From the NCBI GenBank assembly GCA_963667175.2, contig CAXXXF010000012.1:128001-192000 (forward strand): a stretch of 64,000 nucleotides of DNA. Direction: 5' to 3'. The notes beneath the pieces were generated by a model. That model saw nothing but the letters and a program-made list of their open reading frames with translations, searched no databases and was not told the DNA's origin. A program made the position numbers and the translations under genes. Within the stretch, counting starts at the first letter, position 1. Each line of letters begins with the position of its first letter. The stretch is from Candidatus Latescibacterota bacterium. Its GTDB lineage: Bacteria > Latescibacterota > UBA2968 > GCA-2709665. Shown in pieces: positions 20,434 to 29,189 of the stretch.

Positions 20434-21804
20434 TCAGCGCCGCCTGCGCCAGACGCCGATCCCGACGACGACGGGAATCGCCGGAAGAATCACAATGGAA
20501 AGCCATGAAAGCCACATGAGGTCTTCCGCCGTCATTACGACGCCCCTGAACGCCCACATCTTGGGTCGGATCGAGATCAGGTCCCCCTCTTCCATCAGCC
20601 AGCTCACCGCGTTCATGAACAGGTCGCCGTTGCCCACGGCGTCGAAGAACTCGTTGCCAGCAAAATCGGAGTCCCCAAAAACGACGATCCGGGTGTGGCG
20701 CAACCCGACGTCCGAGGATTCATGGCGGCGGTACTTCGGCCTGTCGAGCACGGCGACAGCGAGCGACGCCGGACCCGGCATGTCCGCTCCCGGATCGTAG
20801 ACCGGCGATGCATCGGGCAGTTTGTCTTCCCGCCAACTGTCTCGCGGATGGGTTGTTAGCAGTTCGTGGATCTGCATTCCGGTGGCGTTTTCGATGCGGG
20901 ACACGGACCGCGCAAGCCTGTAAAACGTCCTCAAATTGCGGCTGCGGTGTTTTTCCGATACCGGATGTCGTGCGTACCAGACCGATCCCGGCATGGAGGG
21001 ATCGCCCGGCCCCCAACCCAGGACGTAGTCGTCGTTGACCCGGATGCCCCATCCCGCCAGCAGGGGTTCCAGACCCGTTTCGCCTCCCGGGTCGAGCAAA
21101 AACAACGCGGATCCCCCACCGGCAAGGAAGTTTCGGATAGAATCGGTTTCGATACTCGAGAATGCGGCCGTCGGCCCGGCCACGATCAACAGATCGCAAT
21201 CCGCCGGTACGCCCGTGCCGGCATCCAGCACCAGCGTATCTCGAACCCCGTACCCGGCCTCCCGCAATGACTGCCCGACGCGAATGAAATCGCCTTCCGG
21301 GGCCTTCAGCGTCCGTTCCCCGTGTCCGGCCGAGAAATAGACGGTTTTCCCGCGTTCCCGGACGACCTTGGCCACCGCGTTGGTCAGGTGATTCTCCTCG
21401 GTTCCCGAAATCCGCTCTTCCCGCCCTTCCGACGTGACTACCGAGATTCGCGGCTTGCCCACCCTGTACCGCCGTGCTTCGCCGGGATGAACCGCGGGAT
21501 CGACCATGGCAAAGGTAAACCGTTCCGAATGATAGGCATAGGCTTCCAGCCTTTCCTTGAACTCGACCGCCTCAGGGTCGGTTTCGTGAAAAAACGCCAG
21601 CACGCGCACGTCCGTCGACAGGGAGTCCAGCAACGTGGCGGTCTGGTCGGAGAGGCTGTGCATTCCGCCTTCCGTAACGTCGATCCGGTGGTGATAGCGC
21701 GTGGCGAGGAAGTTGACTGCAGCCAGAATCGCAAGCAGGGCGAGGACGGCAACCAGGGTACTCGAACCGTATCTGACCAGGCGGGTTCCGAAAAAACCGA
21801 TCAT
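20434..21804 (-). CDS. GldG-like ABC transporter auxiliary protein
   Basis: IDVT..HSLS, YFSAGHGE, VVFGDSDF and N.DLFMNAVSWL motifs. Confidence 0.8.
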   Translation of the reverse strand: MIGFFGTRLVRYGSSTLVAVLALLAILAAVNFLATRYHHRIDVTEGGMHSLSDQTATLLDSLSTDVRVLAFFHETDPEAVEFKERLEAYAYHSERFTFAMVDPAVHPGEARRYRVGKPRISVVTSEGREERISGTEENHLTNAVAKVVRERGKTVYFSAGHGERTLKAPEGDFIRVGQSLREAGYGVRDTLVLDAGTGVPADCDLLIVAGPTAAFSSIETDSIRNFLAGGGSALFLLDPGGETGLEPLLAGWGIRVNDDYVLGWGPGDPSMPGSVWYARHPVSEKHRSRNLRTFYRLARSVSRIENATGMQIHELLTTHPRDSWREDKLPDASPVYDPGADMPGPASLAVAVLDRPKYRRHESSDVGLRHTRIVVFGDSDFAGNEFFDAVGNGDLFMNAVSWLMEEGDLISIRPKMWAFRGVVMTAEDLMWLSWLSIVILPAIPVVVGIGVWRRRR

Positions 21805-21807
21805 TGT

Positions 21808-22584
21808 CTACCGCCTCCAGCGGCGCGATTCAAGCACGGTGTGCGTCAGGAACAGGAAAAAAAACGTAAAGGTGAGGAAAAAGACCACGTCGCTGCTGTC
21901 GATCACGCCCCGCGCCATATCCCTCGTGTGATCAATCAACGAAAGGTAGAAGAGAACGGTGGCCCATTCGCGTCCAATTAGCTCGGGCGAATACCGCACC
22001 ACGAAGAGGAGAAGCAGGAGGACAAATGCGATGACGACCGCAACAATCTGTTTGTCGGTCAGCGAGGAAGCCAGTATGCCCACGCTGATGAACGAACCTC
22101 CCAGCAGCAGGATCGCGACACATGCGGACAGCACCCGGCCCCAATTCAGATCGCCGTAAAACGACACGACGAAGATCAGCGAAAGAAGCAGCAGTTCAAT
22201 GATGACGTACAGCCCGAGACAGGCGGCGAATTTGCCGAGAATGACCTGCCAGGTGGTCAGGGGCGACGTCATCAGGAGTTCGATGGTCCCGGAGCCCTTC
22301 TCCTCCGCGAACAGCCGCATCGTCAGCATTGGCGTCACCACCAGCCAGACGAGGCACTGGCTGAGGAAAAAGTTGAACACAACGTCCTCGTTCACGTTAG
22401 GCGCATCCACGCCGTGCTCCTGATGCTGAAATGAATAATTCAGGCATTTCGCGCGAAACTCGACGACTTCGTTCTGGAAGAGATATCCCATCATCAACAG
22501 GAAACCGGTCGCCACCACGTAGGCGATCGGAGAGCCGAAATAGGAACGCATCTCTTTCCAGAGAATCGCGGCGATATTTCCCAT
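21808..22584 (-). CDS. ABC-2 permease (GldF-like)
   Basis: KEMRSYFGSPIAY and TMRLFAEEKGSGTIELLMTSP motifs. Confidence 0.85.
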   Translation of the reverse strand: MGNIAAILWKEMRSYFGSPIAYVVATGFLLMMGYLFQNEVVEFRAKCLNYSFQHQEHGVDAPNVNEDVVFNFFLSQCLVWLVVTPMLTMRLFAEEKGSGTIELLMTSPLTTWQVILGKFAACLGLYVIIELLLLSLIFVVSFYGDLNWGRVLSACVAILLLGGSFISVGILASSLTDKQIVAVVIAFVLLLLLFVVRYSPELIGREWATVLFYLSLIDHTRDMARGVIDSSDVVFFLTFTFFFLFLTHTVLESRRWRR

Positions 22585-23519
22585 CAGGCGCCTGCCTCCT
22601 CGTGTCCTGTCAATTCGCGAAAGACGTCCTCCAATCCGGCCGTTATCGGTCTCAGTTCCACCAGTCCAAGGTCGCGCTCCACCAGCCTCGCTGCGATCGA
22701 CGGACGCATGTCGGTTTCGCCGGACGCCTCGATCTGTAACGCCTGGTTGTCGTCCGCCCTCCTGACGTCCACCACGCCCGCAACCTCCCGGATGGCTTCG
22801 GCGGCAGCGTCCAGGCCGCCGGACACCGCCACGTAATACCGCCGATTGCCCGACGCGCCCGCCGTCAGGTTTTCCGGCGTATCCACGGCCGCAATCCGAC
22901 CCCTGTTGATGATAATCACGCGATCGCAGGTCTTTTCGACCTCGGGCAGAATGTGTGTGCTCAGAATCACCGTGTGTTCGCGTCCCAGGCCGCGGATCAC
23001 CCTGCGAATCTCCTGGATCTGGTTGGGATCCAGCCCGATGGTGGGTTCATCCAGGATAATGACGTCCGGGTCGTGAAGGATGGCCTGGGCGATGCCGACC
23101 CGCTGACGATATCCCTTGGAAAGCTGGCCGATGATCTGCTTCGCCCGGTCCCTGATCCCGCATCGTTCCATCGCGTCGTCCACCCGGGTCCCGCGATTCC
23201 GCGACGGCACGCCCTTGATCCGCGCCACGAAATCCAGGTACGACCTTACGTACATGTCCCTGTACAGCGGCGGGTGTTCCGGCAGGTACCCGATTCGCCT
23301 CTTGACCTCCATCGGGTCGTGGAACACGTCGAAGCCGGCCACCCGGGCGGCGCCCAGCGTGGCCGGCTGAAAACACGTCAGGATGCGCATGGTGGTGGTC
23401 TTGCCCGCGCCGTTCGGGCCGAGAAATCCGACGACCTCTCCCTTTTCCACGTTGAAGGTGAGGTCCTTGACCGCAACCAGCGACCCATATTGTTTGGTCA
23501 GATGATCAACCTCGATCAC
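22584..23519 (-). CDS. ABC transporter ATP-binding protein (GldA-like)
   Basis: GPNGAGKTT, LSKGYRQR and ILDEPTIGLDP motifs. Confidence 0.9.
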   Translation of the reverse strand: MIEVDHLTKQYGSLVAVKDLTFNVEKGEVVGFLGPNGAGKTTTMRILTCFQPATLGAARVAGFDVFHDPMEVKRRIGYLPEHPPLYRDMYVRSYLDFVARIKGVPSRNRGTRVDDAMERCGIRDRAKQIIGQLSKGYRQRVGIAQAILHDPDVIILDEPTIGLDPNQIQEIRRVIRGLGREHTVILSTHILPEVEKTCDRVIIINRGRIAAVDTPENLTAGASGNRRYYVAVSGGLDAAAEAIREVAGVVDVRRADDNQALQIEASGETDMRPSIAARLVERDLGLVELRPITAGLEDVFRELTGHEEAGA

Positions 23520-23529
23520 GCCGGCCCTC

Positions 23530-24411
23530 CTATGCCGCGATCTGCTGCGCCCGCTTTCTGAAGAATCGCATCAGCGCATCCGCGTAGGACGCTTCCGTAT
23601 GGATATCCACGCGGTCGACGCCAACGGAACGGAACAGCTGATCCCGCCGCTCCTCCGCCTTGTCGTTCAACTGCCGGAAAAGAACCCGAAACTCCCGGTC
23701 GGAAGTATCCACCAGCATCTCGCGGCCGGTTTCCGCGTCTTCCATTTCGACGAGACCGACGTCGGGCAATTCACGCTCCCGCGGGTCCTGAAGCACAACC
23801 GCGATCAGGTCGTGCCGCCGGCACGATACACGAAGCGCCGCTTCGTAGCCGGAAGCCAGAAAGTCGGAAACAAGAAACACCACGCTCTTCCGCTTGTTGA
23901 TCCGGTTGAGGGTATCCAGGGCGGCGCCGACGTCCGTTCCCCGCCGGCTGGGCCGGAAGTACAACAGTTCCCGTATGACCCGCAACACGTGCTTCCTGCC
24001 CTTCTTGGGCGGTATAAACGCCTCCACGTCGTCCGTGAAGATAATCAGCCCCACCCGATCGTTGTTCTGTATCGCCGAGAATGCCAGCAGGGCGCAGATC
24101 TCGACGCCGATTTCGCCCTTCATCTGCGAGACGGTTCCGAAATCGCCGGAGGCGCTGGCATCCACCATCAACATCACCGTCAGTTCGCGTTCTTCGTCGT
24201 ACACCTTGACAAAGGGATGTCCCATCCGGGCGGTGACGTTCCAGTCTATCGCTCGGATATCGTCCCCCACCTGGTATTCACGCACTTCGGCAAACGCCAT
24301 TCCCTGGCCCTTGAAGACGGAATGGTACTCTCCCGAAAACACGGTATCGACCAGGCGCCTCGTGCGCAGTTCAATGCGCTTCACCTTCCTGAGTATCTCG
24401 GCGGGAATCAT
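23530..24411 (-). CDS. DUF58 family protein
   Basis: EVREYQVGDDIRAIDWNVTAR motif. Confidence 0.92.
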   Translation of the reverse strand: MIPAEILRKVKRIELRTRRLVDTVFSGEYHSVFKGQGMAFAEVREYQVGDDIRAIDWNVTARMGHPFVKVYDEERELTVMLMVDASASGDFGTVSQMKGEIGVEICALLAFSAIQNNDRVGLIIFTDDVEAFIPPKKGRKHVLRVIRELLYFRPSRRGTDVGAALDTLNRINKRKSVVFLVSDFLASGYEAALRVSCRRHDLIAVVLQDPRERELPDVGLVEMEDAETGREMLVDTSDREFRVLFRQLNDKAEERRDQLFRSVGVDRVDIHTEASYADALMRFFRKRAQQIAA

Positions 24412-24415
24412 CGCG

Positions 24416-25411
24416 TCAGGGCACCTCGATATGATCGAAAATCCGACGGACGATCTCCTCAGAATCGACCTCCTCGGCTTCCGCTTCGTACGTTACGATC
24501 ACCCGGTGACGAAGCACGTCCAGGCCCATGGCTTTCACGTCTTCCGGCGTCACGTATCCCCTCTGCCGCAAAAAGGCGTGGGCCTTGGCCGCGCGCGTCA
24601 GGAAGATGGAACCCCGCGGCGAACATCCGTATTCTATCAGCGCGTTGAGATCCTGAATCCCGAACGCGGCGGGGTCGCGGGTTGCCAGCATCAGGTTTAC
24701 GACGTAGTCCTTGATCTTGTCGTCGACGTACACCCGGTCGACCACCCCACGCGCGCGGATGATATCTTCGGGCCGGACCACGGGGTTCGGGGCCGGGGGT
24801 TCCCCGCCCTCCATCCGGTCGATGATCGCCCGCTCCTCCTCCCGGCGAGGATAGGTGACGCGGACCTTCATCATGAACCGGTCCACCTGCGCCTCCGGCA
24901 GCGGATAGGTTCCCTCCTGCTCAATGGGATTCTGCGTGGCCAGAACCAGAAACGGATCGTCCATCCGGAAGGTCCGGTCGCCGATGGTCACCTGCCGCTC
25001 CTGCATCGCCTCAAGCATGGCGCTCTGCACCTTGGCGGGCGCTCTGTTCACTTCGTCGGCGAGCACGAGTTGCGCGAAGACCGGACCTCTCTTCGGCGCG
25101 AATTCGCCGGTGGCCTGGTTGTAGATCATCGTACCGATCAGGTCCGCGGGCAACAGATCGGGGGTGAACTGAATCCGGCTGAACGAGGCCTGGATCGCGC
25201 TTGCAAGCGTGGTGACGGTCAAGGTCTTTGCCAGGCCGGGCACGCCTTCGAGCAACACGTGGCCGTTGCACAGCAGTCCGATCAGCAGCCGTTCCACCAT
25301 GGGCTCCTGGCCTACGATCACACGGCCCACCTCACCCGTGAGGCGCTGGACAAAGGCGCTCTCCCGTTCCACTTCATCGTTCAGTTGCTGGATTTCGGCG
25401 GCGATCATCAT
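24416..25411 (-). CDS. moxR: MoxR family AAA+ ATPase
   Basis: LEGVPGLAKT, RIQFTPDLLPAD, ADEVNRAP and ATQNPIEQEGTYPLPEAQVDRF motifs. Confidence 0.95.
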   Translation of the reverse strand: MMIAAEIQQLNDEVERESAFVQRLTGEVGRVIVGQEPMVERLLIGLLCNGHVLLEGVPGLAKTLTVTTLASAIQASFSRIQFTPDLLPADLIGTMIYNQATGEFAPKRGPVFAQLVLADEVNRAPAKVQSAMLEAMQERQVTIGDRTFRMDDPFLVLATQNPIEQEGTYPLPEAQVDRFMMKVRVTYPRREEERAIIDRMEGGEPPAPNPVVRPEDIIRARGVVDRVYVDDKIKDYVVNLMLATRDPAAFGIQDLNALIEYGCSPRGSIFLTRAAKAHAFLRQRGYVTPEDVKAMGLDVLRHRVIVTYEAEAEEVDSEEIVRRIFDHIEVP

Positions 25412-25607
25412 CCTGGAATCCCAAAATAGAACACCGGACGGTTTCCTCATGCACCGATACCGTCCGGCTGCGACGTGCTGATGGATAATCGAGAAATCAT
25501 GGCTTCAAGAACGGAACGACAGCCTGAAACGGCGATACGCGTGGGATCGGGGCGCGTCGACAGGGACCCTGTACCGACCTCTGTCGAAACACGTACCCGT
25601 TCCCGGT

Positions 25608-26093
25608 TCAGTTTACGCTTGTGGCTGAGGTCGAATCGACGGGAAACCACTCTTCGGGCGGCTTCCCCAGATTCCTGATGGAAACAGCGGCATCGTCGTA
25701 CAATTCCGACTTCGGGAACAGATCGATGACTTTCTGATAAGCCTCTCGGGCCTGTGGATATTTCCCCTGGAGATCGTAGGCGTACCCGATCATGAACTGC
25801 GCCTGGTCCGCGTATCGGCTCTCCGGGAAACGCGATACCAGCGTCTCATAGGATCCGATTGCCTCGTCGAATTTGTGTCGATTCAGCAGCACGCGAGCCA
25901 GCGCGTGCAGGACCAGGTCCGCCCTCGGATCGTCAGGATAGAAGTCCAGGAATTTCTTGAGATGCGCCTCTGCCTCCGGATAGGTCGACTCCTTGTGCGT
26001 TGCCGCCTCCCCTTTTGCAAAGAGCTCATCCGCGGATTCGCGGCCGCATCCGACGAGAAGCGCCATGCCCAGAACCCATGTCCATCGGATCAT
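25608..26093 (-). CDS. TPR lipoprotein (BamD/CpoB-like TPR)
   Basis: Lipobox LVGC; TPR repeats with FP.S turns. Confidence 0.7.
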   Translation of the reverse strand: MIRWTWVLGMALLVGCGRESADELFAKGEAATHKESTYPEAEAHLKKFLDFYPDDPRADLVLHALARVLLNRHKFDEAIGSYETLVSRFPESRYADQAQFMIGYAYDLQGKYPQAREAYQKVIDLFPKSELYDDAAVSIRNLGKPPEEWFPVDSTSATSVN

Positions 26094-26302
26094 TCTCGAC
26101 GTCCTCTCCCTATTATTATATAGAAATACACTTCAACCGAATCCCGGTTCCGGAATTTTGGATGCCCCGTTGAAATTCAGCGACCGCGTCCGCGGGAAGC
26201 GTCCCGGAAGGAACCGGCCGCGCCAATCCGGGTCAGCAGATGGCACGGGCATCTATATCTTCTTTATTTTATTGAGGATAATCCGACGCAAGGCGGAACG
26301 GA

Positions 26303-26331
26303 AATCTAACGGTTTGCCCACCTGGAGTCAA
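26303..26331 (-). promoter_or_regulatory. Probable sigma70 promoter of the TPR-moxR-bat operon
   Basis: TTGACT-17nt-TAGATT. Confidence 0.5.
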
Positions 26332-26368
26332 GCGTTTTTTGTGCGTGAACGCGGCATACAGCCCCGAC

Positions 26369-26744
26369 TCATCCGCCCGAAGGCGCCCGCTCTCCGAAGG
26401 TCACGATGTTCCCGTCCGGGTCCGGTCAACTGGAAATCCCGCATTCCGTAGAAGCGGTCCTGTATTTCACGATGGATCCTCACCCCCTGCTCGATACAGA
26501 AAGCGTAATAGGCGTCGACGCCCCGCATTTCGATCACCGCCTGCGACACCCCATGGACGACCGGATCCATTCTTGTGCCGAGATGGATGGAGAACGCGCC
26601 CATGCGAACCACGGCGTACACGACGCCGTTGCGGAATTCCCGTTCAAAACCGATCCGCCCGTAGAACGCCATGGCGCGGTCGACGTCCGACACGATCAAT
26701 ACAGGACGGGTTGCCGTAATTGCCCACTCGCCGGGCGCAGGCAT
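26369..26744 (-). pseudogene. VOC/glyoxalase family protein with a +1 frameshift near 26422
   Basis: Removing one G in ACC-GGA-CCC restores YGMRDFQLTDPDGNIVTFGE, the canonical VOC C-terminus. Confidence 0.75.
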
Positions 26745-26783
26745 GGTGTCACTCCAATATTCCGCGACGCCGTACGGTGAGCA

Positions 26784-27845
26784 TTAATCCGGAACATCCG
26801 CCACGTAAATCTGGCTCGTGCCGGTTCGATCAGAGGTATAGATCACCCGTTTTCCGTCCGGACTGAACGAAGGGTGAGGATGAGACCACTGCGGACCGTA
26901 CGTTTCCGGCGTCGTTTTGTCATCATCCGCGGGGATCGTCTCCGCCCACTGGGCGCCTCCGTTGGAGCTGCCCGGATAGCAGAGCGTTTCGCGGGCCCCG
27001 GTATCCGGATCGATCAATTGCAGTCCGATATCCGGACAGGTGGTGTCGCACACGATGAGGGATCCATCCCGGCGCGGCGAAGGATGCCAGACGTTGAATG
27101 AAGCGATGGTCCGGTCTTCGTCCGCTCCCACCCTGATCGCCCGTAGCGCGAAGGGCCAATGTACGAACATGACGGTATCGGAGTGTCCGAGAAACGTCTC
27201 GTGCGTAATCCACGTCGATTTGTCATGCACGAAAAGCGCGCGTTCACCGCTTCCGTCGATTCTTACCTCCCACATGCGCTGATTCACGTCGCTGGAATAC
27301 AGGATCAGGTCCGGGTCTGCCGGGCAGACCTGGACATGGCCGACGGCCCGTGGCGGCTCCCGAACCACCCGGTATCCGGACCCGTCGGTTTCCACGGCGA
27401 CCACAGCCGATGCTCCGTGCCGCTGCAAGGAAGTGACCAGGCGCGCGCCGTCCGACGAGAGGCTGCACCCACCCGCGCTGCCGCTTCCGAAATCGGCGAG
27501 GACCGATTCCTTCAGCGTGTCCAGGTCCACGGCGCGTACCTGTCCGCGCGCATTGTAAAACACCCTGCTACCGTCTCGCGACGGGCAGGCGGCGAATCCC
27601 CCGAATCCTTCCATATCGGTCAGCTGCGTCATTGTGCCGCCGGCCTCGTCCATCTTGAAGAGATCGGGCTTCCCGGAGCGGTACGAGGTAAAGACAATGG
27701 TGTTTCCGTCCGGGGTCCACGACGGATTCGAAAAGTACAGATTGTGATTGACGGAGGGATGATCCGTCATCTGAAGGATGGTCGCGCCGGTCCTGTCGTC
27801 ACGCAGCGCGCTCACCTCGGATTCGAACGTGCGACCCTTCCCCAT
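26784..27845 (-). CDS. Oligogalacturonate lyase-like / TolB-like beta-propeller
   Basis: HNLYFSNPSWTPDG, THETF and HPHPSFSPDGK motifs. Confidence 0.7.
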   Translation of the reverse strand: MGKGRTFESEVSALRDDRTGATILQMTDHPSVNHNLYFSNPSWTPDGNTIVFTSYRSGKPDLFKMDEAGGTMTQLTDMEGFGGFAACPSRDGSRVFYNARGQVRAVDLDTLKESVLADFGSGSAGGCSLSSDGARLVTSLQRHGASAVVAVETDGSGYRVVREPPRAVGHVQVCPADPDLILYSSDVNQRMWEVRIDGSGERALFVHDKSTWITHETFLGHSDTVMFVHWPFALRAIRVGADEDRTIASFNVWHPSPRRDGSLIVCDTTCPDIGLQLIDPDTGARETLCYPGSSNGGAQWAETIPADDDKTTPETYGPQWSHPHPSFSPDGKRVIYTSDRTGTSQIYVADVPD

Positions 27846-27885
27846 GTCCGATTTCTCCCGGTCTCGTGGATCCGGCCGAATTCCA

Positions 27886-29085
27886 TTACCTCTTCGGAAA
27901 GAATATGTCGACGCACGCTTCCACGTCGAACGGATCGCAGGCGTATTCCCGCGCGAAATTCTCCAGAAACCTCGTTTCCCGCGCCGTGGGTTCCCGGAGC
28001 GGGAGGTCCACCGGTATCCGTCCCAACCGCCCGGACTCCGCCACCGCGAGTTCGATCTCCACGTCTTTTGTCGCGCGGCGCCCGTCGTATCGCGTCGGCA
28101 CGTCTTCAAGCACCGCCCTTGCGATACTGTCCATCTCTTCCACGATCGCCAGCCCGCGCGGAGACGTCCTGTAACGGGGCCAGGGATTCTCCCAGACCAG
28201 CGGAGGGTCGGTATCGACCACCATCCGGTCCAGCACCTGCGTCCCGTCCATCTCCCGAGTTTCCGTCCTGATCGGACAGACCGTGGCGCGCCCGCCGTTC
28301 AGGCGCTGAGCTTCGGTGGTCCAATGCAGTTCGTCTTCCACAATGGTCCCTGTGGTGCCGTCCACCTGGAACAACGTCTTGCTCTTGCGTCCGAGCGCCC
28401 GGCCGTGGTACATGGACGAATACGACATGACGGCCAGCGCCCCGTTCGCGAACTCGACCAGGTCCATCGTCCAGGCTTCGGATTCATACTGCCGGATCTC
28501 GCTGATGTTCACCCTGGGAATCGGCGAATTCATCGTAAGGCCGGTAACCCGCACGGCTTCCGAATCGCGCGCCATCGCCCTTACGTTGCTCACGATGTGA
28601 TAGCCGCCGGTCTGAAACAGAGAGAATACCCTCAGGACGTCCCCGATGAATCCTGCCTCGATCGCCTTGCGCTTCATCAGATGCATCGGTTCCCGGCAGA
28701 ACTGCTCGGCCACCTCCAGCTTTACCCCGCCCCGCTCGACCGCCCGGATAAGGACGTCCGCAGTCTGCAGCGCGGGTGAGATCGGCGTCTCCACGATGAG
28801 ATTGACGCCTCGCTCGGCCAGATACGCGCCGACGGCGTGGTGGGAATCGCCCGGGGTGCTGACAGCCGCGATATCCAGATCTTCATTCGCCGCCAGGTCC
28901 TGTACCCGCGAATAGGCGGGGACCCCGTATTCGGCGCCGACCGCCTTCGCCTTTTCCGCGTCCACGTCGCAGACGGCGACCAGCTCGAACACGTCCGACA
29001 TCATGCGGATCGCGTTAAGCCGTACGGCCCGACCCCGGCTGCCGCAGCCCACCTGGGCGATTCTCAGTTTGCGGTCTTCGGGCAT
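27886..29085 (-). CDS. Gfo/Idh/MocA family oxidoreductase
   Basis: VGCGSRG, AVCD and STPGDSH motifs; VETP variant of the EKP motif. Confidence 0.85.
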   Translation of the reverse strand: MPEDRKLRIAQVGCGSRGRAVRLNAIRMMSDVFELVAVCDVDAEKAKAVGAEYGVPAYSRVQDLAANEDLDIAAVSTPGDSHHAVGAYLAERGVNLIVETPISPALQTADVLIRAVERGGVKLEVAEQFCREPMHLMKRKAIEAGFIGDVLRVFSLFQTGGYHIVSNVRAMARDSEAVRVTGLTMNSPIPRVNISEIRQYESEAWTMDLVEFANGALAVMSYSSMYHGRALGRKSKTLFQVDGTTGTIVEDELHWTTEAQRLNGGRATVCPIRTETREMDGTQVLDRMVVDTDPPLVWENPWPRYRTSPRGLAIVEEMDSIARAVLEDVPTRYDGRRATKDVEIELAVAESGRLGRIPVDLPLREPTARETRFLENFAREYACDPFDVEACVDIFFPKR

Positions 29086-29189
29086 TTTCGGCCATCAATT
29101 CTGATGAATACGGCGGTATCGCAATTCTCGTGTTTCCATTTGCGATCCGGCCGACGCTGTCGGATATCTCCGGACAGACGAAGTTCGAG

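Noticed and set aside
26200-26225. SRP RNA (CCGGAAGGAA) or hammerhead ribozyme (CTGCTGA)
   Set aside because: It lacks the CAGG and AGCAG of SRP domain IV, and lacks the CUGANGA and GAAA hammerhead core.
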